A stretch of DNA of 64,000 bases from the NCBI GenBank assembly GCA_051362555.1, contig CM120643.1:992001-1056000 (forward strand). The letters are read 5' to 3'. Source of the DNA: Lingula anatina. Lineage: Eukaryota > Animalia > Brachiopoda. Below, in pieces: positions 1-11,854 of this stretch (within the stretch, counting starts at the first letter, position 1; each line of letters begins with the position of its first letter). A program made the translations under genes and the position numbers. The notes under the pieces are model-generated. The model had not been told where the DNA came from, did not search any database, and was given only the letters and a program-made list of their open reading frames with translations.

Positions 1-180
1 GTAATTGTATAAGGCATGGTTTAAGCTTGTTCGAGAGATAATAACAGTCGCGTTTAACAAAAGATAGTAAGACCCCCTCCTCTTTAACTGATGTCTTACA
101 CTGTTAATATTGACCGCACTTTCATATATTATGTAATACACTGTCAGACTTTCCCCTGTTGCACGTTGGCGTTGGATTGT
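1..180 (-). repeat. Copy of a dispersed ~180-bp repeat (other copies on + near 34310-34485, 34830-34915, 35170-35362, 42040-42150)
   Basis: Reverse complement reads ...CGTGCAACAGGGGAAAGTCTGACAGTGT...GAGGAGGGGGTCTTACTA..., aligning by eye to the + strand copies. Confidence 0.7.
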
Positions 181-2409
181 ACTTGTGCCTCTGTCAATGC
201 ACCTCATTTAGTTTAAATATTTTTACCGCTTTAACCTTTGTGGTTTAGAGTTATTAGTTTAGTAGTAGGAATAGGATGCTTGGACAAAAAGCTTCTAGTC
301 AACTCGCTTAGACCTGGGGTGTGATGCTGTTATCATCCGAGGAAACACCTACACTGAATCCTCTACCTGAAGTCCCTAGCTGAAAAAAAAATGCCCCTTG
401 AACCGGTCCATTTTTAAAGCGTCGAATCATTTTTGATATCATTGAGCGTCTTTAAACGAAGGCTTTTAAGTGACAAAAACAGAACCGTGTGGTGATTATT
501 TATTAAGGCGTAGGTTTATTCATCATGATCTATTTTGTAAACAATACTTGCCTAGATTTTACTTGGATTGATCATCGTCACTGTTTGGCTACTCGCCTAT
601 AATGCGTGCTGAACGACAGACAACTTATAAATATTATCTGTGTTACTGTGTAAATGACCACGTTAAGTTAAAATAGAACGGTGTCGGTGATTCAATCCAT
701 TCAACATATTTATATTTCTCCTTTTAAAACCAGTGTTAGGTTAACATCAAGTCAAAGCAAGCCTTGCAGATTGATTTTGTTTAAATTTTCGTAAATTAAG
801 TAAAGCTAAGTAAAGCATGTTTCTAGTTCATCCACGCTATAAAACTGCATAAAGGATAACAAGTCTCTGTAGCCAATTAACTTTCACAATGTTATGTGCT
901 TTAGAGTCCCATGTTATACAATAAAATGAGTATGGCCTGAGAGAAATATAAACATGAGGCCGTGTATGAAGATGTTTCAAATAATAAAAATCAAGAATTT
1001 AAACATGTTCGGTACATGCACATCACTTACAAGGTAATAAGTCATTTCACAAAAATGGCATCTAATATTTCAGATGAACCTTCACTTTTATCGATCTCAA
1101 CGCCTTGTCTGATGTTTACATGTAGGCGGTATACTCCAATAATAATTGCGAACAATATCAACAGCGACTCGAGATCGTTGCCTGTCTTTCACACTTTTAC
1201 ACAAACTCATGAAGGGTTAATAAAAGGATTCGCGTTGTGACATCTATCTCTTTCTTTCGGACAAGCAAATTAAGGGCTGACCCGATGTAAGCTTTCATAA
1301 CTAATTTCTCTTTGTCTGTACAGGGGTATATTGTAATTACCCCACTTGGTCGCCTCCATTGTCTTGTAACAGTGACAAAGAATGTGTTTTCACACGCTAG
1401 TTTACATAACTCCCTTACCTTGTGTCCTTATCAAGGTTCTAATCAGTTTGAATAGGTTGTCTTTCCTCACTTAAAAAGGGAGTTGTTCTTCACACTGGTT
1501 GTTGCCTAACTTATGCTAACCTACTTTGTACAATTATGGTTTTAATACATCGCCAAAATTATGACACTAGTGAACATTGTGTATCAAACGTTTTGATACG
1601 ATTAAATAAATGTGCAGGAAGGATTACGGAATGAGTTACTATTTACCCCTCCCCCCCCCATGCTCCCCCCAAAAAATGCTCTTTTGATTTCGAAATGAAT
1701 TTGTTTCTAACGCAAAGAAGTCCAAAACCCCTTTCACGACTCAGTCATTGTACAGCATGTTGTAATCGATATTTAAAAAAGTTAATTTTTGTACCCCGCC
1801 TTTCAGTGTTCATTGTGGTGCTTGCTTTCATCGGGGACACTGCCTGTTGAGGTTACAATTACGTCGCTAGCCTATCTCCATAGGTTACTGGAATATATCT
1901 AAGTACACGTTAAGCTTTGTAAAGTCTCTTTTGTCACACATCATAGTTATTGAATTTTGTCTTGAATGAAAAAATACCCTCAAATTATCGTTTTGTGCTT
2001 AAACATTTCATAACTTGGACCAAAGTTTGATATACAGTGTACTGTAGCTACAATGGCATTCCTCAAGTTGGGTCTGCTGGGGGAGGGGGGGGGGCATATA
2101 AATGGTAAACGAAGAGGTCCACCTGTAAACAGCAGCGGTTTAAATGATCGCTATCTCGGTTCCTTTTTCTTTGACAGCATCATAGAAAATGTTAAGGGAG
2201 AAAGTCACTCATACCCCCGGCGTTGTTTTGTCTTCAGCATTTCCTCCTTCTTGCTTACTGCAATTATTATCGTCAATTAATGAAACCGAGAAAGCAATTA
2301 AATGATGGCACATTGAATATAATCACTAGGTGCATTTCGCTGAGTGTTAACAAGATCTAGCGAAACATTTTATTTCAAAATAAATTTATATGTGATTTTA
2401 CCTCTGTCG

Positions 2410-2795
2410 TGTGTGTTATTTCAAACAAAACGATTTCCTGAAAGACCAACTTTAAAATGTATGTCTATTCAACAAAATAATGTAATTAAATACAACTATG
2501 AGTAATGTATTTAAACTACGGCCGTATATGGGATGGCCATGTGGGATTATAATTGCATACCTTGATGCAAAACAGTCTATCGTTTCTTCCACCGCGAGTC
2601 CCTTTAATTAATGTATTATATTACTCTTTACCCTTTTTATTTGACACTGTCTCCGTTTCTCTCCCCTTTTTCTTTCTCTTGTAAGAAGGAGGGCAAATAA
2701 TTAAGCATTCGAAATATGCATCACCAATCTTCAGAAAAGAATGAGTGAATGAACCATTGGGCTGGCCCACAACGTCCGACACAGCAGAATAAATT
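2410..2795 (-). repeat. Diverged inverted copy of 33748-34121
   Basis: gcatcaccaatcttcagaaaaga...aacgtccgaca here vs tgtcggacgtt...tcttttctgaagattggtgatgc at 33763-33828; similarity runs ~380 bp. Confidence 0.7.
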
Positions 2796-4069
2796 AAGTA
2801 ACAGCTTTCACAGATTTAACTGCATTTAGCTGTATAGCGTCACTATATACATAATCCGCTGCACGCGCGAAGCTGTTGAACAAAAGGATAGTTCTCTGTG
2901 GAAGACCTTTTGTTTACATAAGTACTCTAAGGGGGCGTGCCTACCCAGGCGACAATAGGATAAGGCTAGTCACTATATTCCGTCAAAATCGTTTAGCGAC
3001 CCTATCATTATCACACTCCCTCTATTGTATTTTCTGACGTTATAATTGTATCTAATCTTCTTACGTTAGATGGAATAAATGCACACATACATAATCTTAT
3101 GACTGTACGTCTTACCACTTCATGGGATAAATGCTCTTGATTTTACTGTCAAATCAACATTATAGGATAAAATGCGACTTCATCTCCACATAAGATATTG
3201 CCTTCGACTTCATGGGATAATGGTGAAAAAGTACCTGTTGTTGGCCCAACGTCATGAGAGAGAACGTTTTTGAAATATGATTTTTTGTACTGTATATATT
3301 ATCCAAAATAGGTAAACTGTACGTTTTAATTTACTCACTGAATAGGGTTTCTTTAGTGGTGTTGGATGCATGTTTTGAGCAATTTTAAAATAAACAGGCA
3401 TATGTGCCTGTAGGTTAGGATCCAGTATTTCTAAAAATCAGTACATTATGGGAGATTATGGTCAGCGTTGAAGAAAAGGGGGTACAGACCCCCTGGGTCC
3501 TCCCTTCCCAGTTCCGCTTGATACATAAAACTAATGAATGAGGTATACCAGGCTATGAAAACATAATTTACGCGTAGGTTACTGGGTTATAAGATGGATA
3601 AATAAACAAATAGGAACCAATTATTAAAGAATAATAAGTGGATAATAGTGTTGAAAGAGAAGCAGAGAAGGTAAATGTATATATTTGTGTACTACTATCA
3701 GCTTAACCAAGTCGCGTCTCACTCTGAAAAGATTAATTTTTCCATGCGGAAAGACACGCGCAGGTGTAATGCGTCTGTCCGTTTACGTCTGCCCCTTGGT
3801 TTCCGAGAGGCTCTGTTCTGGTCCTACACCTGTGAATGTCCATCATGGCGTGATCAAACGTGTTCCCGAAATGTGCCCTTGGCTGGCTCTCAATTGACCC
3901 AAAAGTATTATCTGCGGCACAGTCTGCATTTGGAAACCTGTTACATACTTGTTGTTTAGCAGCCTAATTAACGAGAATGGGTGTCGTCGTTTCTAGGGGT
4001 GGTTGATTATCTTTAAATTATATTTTCTGCTATATACCCATAGGCCTTTAGGTTGAGGAAACTAATATG

Positions 4070-4521
4070 TCGGGGTGTGCAAAGGCACATTTTTTTTGTG
4101 ACTTGGGGTGTGGTTGTCCCTGGGGATGGTTAAATTATATATTACCGTAATTTATATCCTCTCCTCTAAGACCATTCGAATTAGGAAAATGATTCTTTGG
4201 TGCATGAGTGGGCTACATGGGAATTTTAGTGTGACTTGGGGTGTGGCCGTCCCTAGGGGGTGGGGTGGTTAGTGGTTTGTCAGACAATGAAGCTGATTCC
4301 ATTGATTGCACTTAAGTCAGAGCCATTGAAGAGTTGGACTGACCCTGCTAGTACGATGTGTGTATCTGAAGGCGGTCTTCCAGTTAGGAAGGAAGGGGAA
4401 ATGCATCCACATCCTCAAAGACAGATTTTTCAATCCCCATAGCCATACGCTCCCAACTTTATTGGTCTAAGGGTAGATAGCAGGAATAACAATGTCAATT
4501 AGACTCATATGCCCACAGGAC

Positions 4522-4575
<54 letters not shown>

Positions 4576-4722
4576 CCGAAGTGCCCTTCCACATCCAAAA
4601 TGGTATGTAGCCACGTTTCATGTTCCTAGCATAAAATACGATGCCAAAATTAGAATAGACCACCCCCAGGGTCGACCACACCCCAAGTCACAATTAAATT
4701 CGGAAGAGCCTTTGCAAATCCC
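4070..4722. mobile_element. Foldback/MITE-like element with inverted arms
   Basis: gtgacttggggtgtggttgtccctgggg (~4098) and a second copy (~4231) are inverted relative to ccccagggtcgaccacaccccaagtcac (~4664-4691). Confidence 0.45.
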
Positions 4723-4769
4723 TATAATGATAGGTTTATTAATCCCCGACGTATTAAGTTCCTAACTAT

Positions 4770-5643
4770 GATGGTTTTGGAAAAATTCGCCAGCGACGTT
4801 TCAACGTATGATGAATGAGTGTTTAGCAGATATTGATGGTGTGGAGGTATACATAGACGATATTGTTGTGTACAGTGACACCTTTGAACAGCACCTCCTT
4901 CTGCTGTGTAAAGTACTTCAGAGATTGAAGGAAACACATTTGACTGTTAATTTGGCAAAAAGTGAATTTTGTCAAGCCAGTGTTGTCTATTTGTGACATG
5001 TGGTAGGTCATGGGAAAGTGGCCCCTACTGAAGCAAAAATGCAGGACATAGTGAATTTCCCTATAACTCACAACAAACACAGTGTGATGCGATTTTTGGG
5101 CATGGCTGGTTATAATAGAAAATTTTGTAGAAACTTTGCTGAGATTACCTCACCACTTACAGATTTGTTGAAGAAAACACTAAATTTGTGTGGTCTGATT
5201 CATGCCAAAAAGCTTTTGGTAGGGTCAAATCTTTGCTGTGTGCTAACCCTGTTCTTCAAGCCCCAGACTTCCAGAAACCTTTTAGTTTAGAAGTAGATGC
5301 AAGTGATGTTTGGGCGGGTGCTGTGTTATTACTGGTAGAAGACAATGATATTGAACATCCTGTTTGTTACTTTTCCAAGAAGTTTGATGTTCACCAAAAA
5401 AAATATTCTACCATTGAAAAGGAAGCCTTAGCTTTAGTTTTAGCTTTACAGCATTTTGAAGTTTATGTTTCTGCATCATATCAACCAATTGTTGTATATA
5501 CAGATCATAATCCACTGACTTTTCTTGATAAGTTAAAGAATAAGAACAGAAGATTGTTGAATTGGAGTTTGCTACTGCAAGAATACAGTCTGGATGTAAA
5601 GCATATCCGTGGTGTTGACAGTGTGATTGCAGATTTTGTTTAA
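4770..5643 (+). pseudogene. Ty3/Gypsy pol relic (RT and RNase H), one stop and one frameshift
   Basis: KNSPATFQRMM, YIDD, FLGMAGY, DAS, PVCYFSKKF, YSTIEKEALA, TDHNPL, HIRGVDSVIAD motifs; TGA at ~4994. Confidence 0.9.
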
Positions 5644-5676
5644 AAAAAGTTTTCATAGATTCCAAATTTTTCCTTT

Positions 5677-5687
5677 AAGGAGGGAGG
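5677..5687 (+). other. Polypurine tract before the 3' LTR (LTR starts with TG at 5688; its end is not resolved)
   Basis: aaggagggagg|tgcgacg about 35 bp after the RNase H stop. Confidence 0.6.
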
Positions 5688-6373
5688 TGCGACGTTATTG
5701 TGTTTATTATTTTAGTTAAGCTAATTTATGTTGTTTAATTTATATGGATAATTACCGTATGTGCTTGCATACAGCACAGGCTTCAAACAACTGCGCATGT
5801 GCGAAAAGTGCGCTGTTTGAAATGAACAAGTTGGTGAAATGACAAAGCCTGTCGGTGTTTACCGTCTGGTTGATTTTATTTCATTAGCTCTCTGGTGTCT
5901 TTTTGAAAGTTTATATTAGAAGTGTTCTATTGATTTTATGTTGTAAAATGTAAATCCGTCTGAATTCCTTAGAAAAACATTTAATTTACCTTCATTTTAA
6001 GGGGATTCCCACTGTATTTAAAGTATTATATGTGGCCCCAATGGGGATTTTCACACCTCCCCCACTCTTGATTAATAAAATTCTTCATCTGGAGGATTGT
6101 AAATTATATTGCAAGATACACTGAAAATCGTAGGAAGGTTAACTGCAGATAATGCTGCGAGGATATTCTTAACAGTGGGGGAACTCGGCCAATATAAAAT
6201 GTTTAACTTCGTTTTACGATTTTGGAGCGCCTGCTCTAATTTTTGAAAGCGAGGCAATGGAACCAAACAATGCGATACAATTTGTAATCTAGTAAAAATT
6301 GCTATTTTTATATTAAGGTCATAGCAAAAATATATCGGCCTTCACGCCTAATTTCCTCATCCATCCAACTTAA

Positions 6374-6887
6374 GGCCAGTGATAGGGTTAAATACGCTTA
6401 AAATCATGTTTTTGAGTTTTTTGTGTGTTTATATTAATCAAAAAAGTATCTAACGTTGGATGTAATAATTTTTATGAATTTGCATCGCAAAATGTGTCTT
6501 TTGATGAGTTTTTCAACCGGCACGCGCCCCAGTCAGGCTGACAACTAAGCCACGCCTCTGTTACTAAGGGCCGTTGCCATGAGGGGGTCGGAGCACAGTT
6601 AATGAGTTATAAGCCGATTACGTGTGCGGTAATAGGTCATAAGTCTTACATCAGCTTAGCAACGAAGAAGTCTAGCTAGTACACTACGGGGAAGAGAAAA
6701 GTTCGTGTTAAAAGTCTATTTCCAGAGGAAAGAAAGAACATTTTGAAAGAGAGTAGGGCCTATGCGTGGCGGTTGGGGAAAACCGGCCCTATTTGTTCAG
6801 TCGGATAACTGATTTCTGTATACCTAATAAATGGGTGAAAGAGTTAATCGAATCGCCTAAATTAATTGACAAATGAAAGAAAAATCG

Positions 6888-6921
<34 letters not shown>

Positions 6922-9626
6922 GCTAAAAAGGATACTTTTAGCCTAGCTCTTAATTTTTGCGATATATATCGGCGAGCGTATCTGCGACACGTTACGAAAC
7001 CGGAAATGATTGTTGGTCGCCGTTTGCAAAAGGAAAATCTAATGTTGACAAAATAAAATTTTATTCTCCAAGATATGATATCATGGAGCTTGAGAGACAC
7101 GCGAAAAATTGTGATGTGAATGGCCAAATGAGAGAAATCCAAGCAAGGGTTGACAGCATGATTAAAACAATAAAAATAAAAACGCATGTTAGCGGCTTTG
7201 CATTTTACGATGTTTGGAGAAAAACAATTCCAAAATCACTGACCAAGCGGGAAGAAAGAGTTCAAAATGTATCCGAAAATGAAAATCACAAAAAGACCCC
7301 GAAAATAGTCAAGACTAGCAGGTAAAAAGCAAATAGGGTCTAAGTGTCATGTGTGTAAAAATAAAATATTTATTCATAAGCCTTCTCTCAGCCACTTTTA
7401 CCGCTGAATCTTGTGCAGCTAAGCGTCTTCCCTTTATCTTAGCTGGCATTTTGTGAGATAGGAAACAATGGAAAAAGCATGCTGAGGCCTTTGTCCAACA
7501 GTGGAACACTATAGGCTCTAAATGATGATGATAATGATGATTTTGAGAGAGACCGCTCTGAAGTAATCACTGGATTTTTCCGTTGATCTGACGATTACCT
7601 AGTGCCGTGCAAAATAATCCTGCAGCGTTACCCGTCAAAAAAAAAATCTTATTAACACAAGTGACGGCCACTTGCTCTCGACAGACAGTTTTATCTGATC
7701 ACTTTGCCGATAACAGAAAAGGAATCTCTCAGGTAAAATTACTCGTTTGCCGAGGAAAAGCCATTGAAACGTTCAAATGCAACTTCACACCTCTTCAACC
7801 CTCAAGAGACCAAGATATTTTACTGACTGAAATGACCAAGTGGGTCATCTATGACCCCATTGTGCTCTGTACAGGGATCTTTATTATAAAAGGCTGTTGA
7901 GGGTCTATCACATGTTTTATAATGATCTAATGTAATAAGTATTAGGTAATAATACTTTTATTTCATGAAATAACCAAGCACAGATTTTAAGAACAACATT
8001 ACACCGGTATTTAGACAGTCCTTGCCAGTTTCCACTTGCAGAAATATTTCTCTTTTTTTTGCCACACTAAATGAAAAAAGTGCATTACAAAATTACTTTG
8101 AGTAAAAATATTTTGACTTAAGTTGATAAAGCATCCTGCTAACTTCAATAAGAATAATTAGCTGAGACTTGCCGAGTAGGGAATACCTAATATTGGTAAG
8201 GAAGTCATACTACTCAGAACACATTCAATCAACCTACATGTACATGTATGTTACTACCACATCTGTGTATAAAACAAAATCCACACAAACAATTTGTTAA
8301 TATATGTATAATACGATATCGGCAAAATTCTTTAGATTTCCGAAATACCCGAAAATTGTAACCGTCAAAATGAGAGACCCAGTTATGAGAACAATTTCCA
8401 ACAAAGCTACTGAAATTAGATTCAGCAATGCACTATTAGTAACACTTCAAGCACAATCTTCACAAACCACTTATCTGTGCCTATGCTTTGGGCACACTGG
8501 CTGGTTGCATGAAGCTCATGCATGTGACATGTTCCTGTCAGTGTTGCGTGGGCAAAACATTTGAATAAAATTTAAAAATTAATATGTAAAAACCAATGCT
8601 TCTCTTTGGGGTCATAAATGACCCCACAAGAGTTTGTGATGTATACGCCAAACTAACTGGTTGATCCCTACAAAAAACTGTGAAAGTGTGTAGGATGAGT
8701 AGACTGACAAACTCATGCAAGGAAAGAAAATTCGAATAAAAAATATATAGATGGCACATTAAATCATATGGCTGGGGTCGTAAGTGACCCCACTCGGTCA
8801 CGGTTAATTGCGGTTAAATGTAATCGCCTTTGTTAGCGCTTCCTTCTACATATCCTTGACACCCTACTGGGCATCACTAGGCTAGGGCCCTCTCCAGAGC
8901 TGTCAATCAAAATGGCGGCACGCTTACAAGCCTAACGAGTGGTCGGAAAATGTAACAAAAGCACGATCTTCTGTCCTTTCAAAGCACCCAAACAAAATAT
9001 TTTAGACGACAATGAGCAATGGTTCCACCTGATCGTATTACCGATAACAGGTAAATTTGCCAGCTAAGCATTTGACTAATAAGCTCTGTTAACCAACCTG
9101 TGAACGTTTTTGGCTGTTTTAACAGCTTTCTTTATTGACGAGATAAGTGAATCGCTGCCAAGTATATCTCACTATCTGAGGAACCGATCGTTAAAAAAGT
9201 TGCACCTATTGTTGTTGGGAATGTGGACTACAGCATGATATCAGGGGTTTAAGAGGAAATCGTTTGTTTGAAAGTTATCGTCTTTTGAAGTGAATAACCC
9301 ATTGAAATATGGGGTAATTTAACATAAAAGATGATAAAATCAAAAGTTACTAGTTTAAGACTATTCCCTGGTACCACGCTGAAGTGCTTTCACCCAGCTT
9401 TATGAGGCCTTTTAAATCACTTGGATAGCTGTCTTGGTTATAGAGAAAATCCCAATTCCGAAAACGGCATTCCCCCCAAAATTGGCGCTATAGCGTCATC
9501 CGTTGGACACTGTACTTAATCCCCGTCTTTAATTGGCCTTTTGGGAAGTTTGTTTTAATTTTTTATAAAAAGTTATAAGCCCAGGGCTTTGTTTCTATGA
9601 CTTTGGTCCTTTTACTATTAGTGGCC
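6374..9626. mobile_element. Possible Kolobok-like non-autonomous DNA transposon containing the first piggyBac-like copy
   Basis: TTAA|GGCCAGTGATAG ... CTATTAGTGGCC|TTAA; 10/12 inverted match, TTAA on both flanks. Confidence 0.35.
7799..8803 (+). mobile_element. ~1-kb non-autonomous piggyBac-like element, copy 1
   Basis: TCAA|CCCTCAAGAGACCAAG ... GGTCACGG|TTAA; near-identical inverted copy at 9699-10693. Confidence 0.65.
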
Positions 9627-9698
9627 TTAACCATGTTTGGATACAAAGTCCCATGAAGTGGTAATATACTATGTGGTCTCCTAAGGGTCCTTTTTTAA

Positions 9699-10693
9699 CT
9701 CTCAATTGACCAAGTGGGGTCATTTACGACCTCAGCCATATGATTTGATGTGCCATCTCTTAATTTTTTATTCGAATTTTTTACCTCACAGTTTTTTGTA
9801 GAGATCAACCGATTAGTGTGGCGTATACATCACAAAATCTTGTGGGGTCATTTATGACCCCAAAGAGAAGCATTGGTTTTTAAATATTAATTTTTAAATT
9901 TTATTCAAATATTTTGCCCACGCAACACTGACAGGAAAATGTCACATGCATGTGTTTCATGCAACCAGCCAGTGTGCCCAAAACATAGGCACAGATAAGT
10001 GGTTTGTGAAGATTGTGCTTGAAGTCTTACTAATAGTGCATCGCTGAATCTAATTTCAGTAGCTTTGTTGGAACTTGTTCTCATTACTGGGTCACTCATT
10101 TTGACGGTTACAATTTTTGGGTATTTTGGAAATCTAAAGAATTCTGTCGATATCATCTTATACATGTATTAACAAATTGTATGTGTGAATTTTGTTTTAT
10201 ACACAGATGTGGTAGTAACATACATGTAGGTTGATTGAATGTGTTCTGAGTAGTAAGACTTCCTTACCAGCATTAGGGTATTCCCTACTCAGCAAGTCAG
10301 CTAATTATTCTTATTGAAGTTAGCAGGATGCTATTTCAACATACGTCAAAATATTTTTACTCAAAGTTATTTTGTAATGTACTTTTTCATTTAGTGTGGC
10401 AAATAAAAAGAGAAATATTTCTGCAAGTGGAAACTGACAAGGTCTGTCTAAATACCGGTGTTATGTTGTTCTTAAAATATGTGTTTGGTTATTTCATGCA
10501 ATAAAAATATTATTACCAAATACTTATTCCATTAGATCATTATAAAATCCTTGTCTTAAATCCTGGGAGTAGTATAGGTGTGATAAACCCTCAACAGCCT
10601 TTTATAATAAGGATCCCTGTACAGAGCACAATGGTGTCATAGATGACCCCACTTGGTCATGTCAGTCAGTAAAATAGCTTGGTCTCTTGAGGT
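9699..10693 (-). mobile_element. ~1-kb non-autonomous piggyBac-like element, copy 2 (inverted)
   Basis: TTAA|CTCTCAATTGACCAAG ... CTTGGTCTCTTGAGGT|TTAA; ORFs 8304-8564(+) and 9905-10165(-) are near identical. Confidence 0.7.
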
Positions 10694-11329
10694 TTAACCA
10701 ATGAAGTCGCCTTCTATCATGAAGTAGTAATTCATATCCTATGTGGTGGTAATATACTATGGAGTATCTTAACATACGTCAGTTTTGCTTCCTGTTCTCC
10801 TCTTCTTTCCTCTTCCTCCTCACTTTTTCTATTATGTAAGCTTCTTTCTCTTGCCTTTTGGAGGCATATTAGAAACTAAGTTGAGCAAATTTTTAAACAA
10901 ATTGTTGTACACGTTACACAGTCGACGTTTATTGTAAAGAAAAGGCCGTGCATCGTGAGCACGCCTTTTATACACCAGGCGTGGGGTGACGCACGTGCTA
11001 CGCATTACCGGTGCGCTCTCGACTTTGTTCGTTAGTTGTGAGGGCGTGCGCCTTACTCAATACGCCAAGGGCACTTGCTCCTTCATTGCTTGCGACGTGC
11101 GTCTTGCACAACGCGCGTCTCTCTCTAGCTAACTCCGTGCGAGGGGAGCAAGTTACTCTGGCGGCCTCGCTGTTCGCAGGCTATTCGTAGAATCTTTTGG
11201 ACATGTCCAACATCCTCCGTACGTGCTTACGGGCTGTCTGCGAACTCGAAATTGCGTAAGAGGGACTTGCGTGGGACGTGAGATTCTGCGCAAAATTTGA
11301 ACGCAAACAGTCCGTAAGAGCCCATGCGG

Positions 11330-11440
11330 CCGGTTGTGACCGAGGCTGATGTCCTAGGACTTCCATTCCTAGCAATGCATGCCCTCGGACTTGCATTCCC
11401 AGGACTTGCGTTACTAGGAAGTGCACTCCTGCCACACCGG
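11330..11440. repeat. Short MITE-like element with ~15-bp internal tandem repeats
   Basis: ccggttgtgac ... gccacaccgg inverted ends; cctaggacttccatt/cccaggacttgcgtt units; a similar element lies near 53930-54048. Confidence 0.35.
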
Positions 11441-11657
11441 GTACAAATGCTTATTTTATACCTTAGACCTCTAACTGTAACTATCTCATACACAGTTGGT
11501 CTAAATGGCGGGAATTAAAATCACAACATGAAGGCATTGTTTGTATTTAAAGTCACTTGCATTATAATAACCCTTGTAATATTCTGGGTCAGATGAACCA
11601 AAAAATCTTATTGACTTTCAATTTCCAAACTGCCACACAAGAGAAATGTCGTCTTAC

Positions 11658-11804
11658 CCTGTCTTCCTGCACGCCGCCAGCATTATCGCTTCGAATGACG
11701 TAGATGAAGGCAGATACACTGTTTTGGTCAATGAAATCACTCAGTATCCGGTCTATGATTTTGCTCTGCCCTATTCCAGGCGTGTCGACGATGTACACTC
11801 CATT
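11658..11804 (-). CDS. Dynamin-like GTPase exon carrying G3 (NGVYIVDTPGIG...AFIYVIRSDNAGGVQEDR)
   Basis: tttcag| acceptor, |gtaag donor, 147 nt, phase 0-0, DTPG motif, in frame with exon 21505-21198. Confidence 0.9.
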
Positions 11805-11854
11805 CTGAAAACAAACGCAAACGATAGGGTAGGATTCAAAGATAAAAGGCGGTA

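Noticed and set aside
1050-3940. Short minus-strand exon-like segments near 1070-1181, 2214-2258 and 3720-3937
   Set aside because: Splice-like signals only; no consistent phase chain or recognisable protein
4524-4573. Long poly-C/poly-A runs here and elsewhere as retrocopy tails
   Set aside because: No attached retroposed body or TSD; run lengths may be sequencing artefacts
6072-6289. Exon-like minus-strand frame (LQIVSHCLVPLPRF...PPDEEFY*) as the next GTPase exon
   Set aside because: Needs phase 2 while the upstream donor is phase 0; no G4 motif or recognisable homology
8304-10165. Two matching 86-aa ORFs suggesting a conserved small gene
   Set aside because: Both lie in the two copies of the same non-autonomous element
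10903-11330. CpG-rich tract ending AATAAA...TACAACA on minus, a possible solo LTR
   Set aside because: Second terminus and TSD not identifiable
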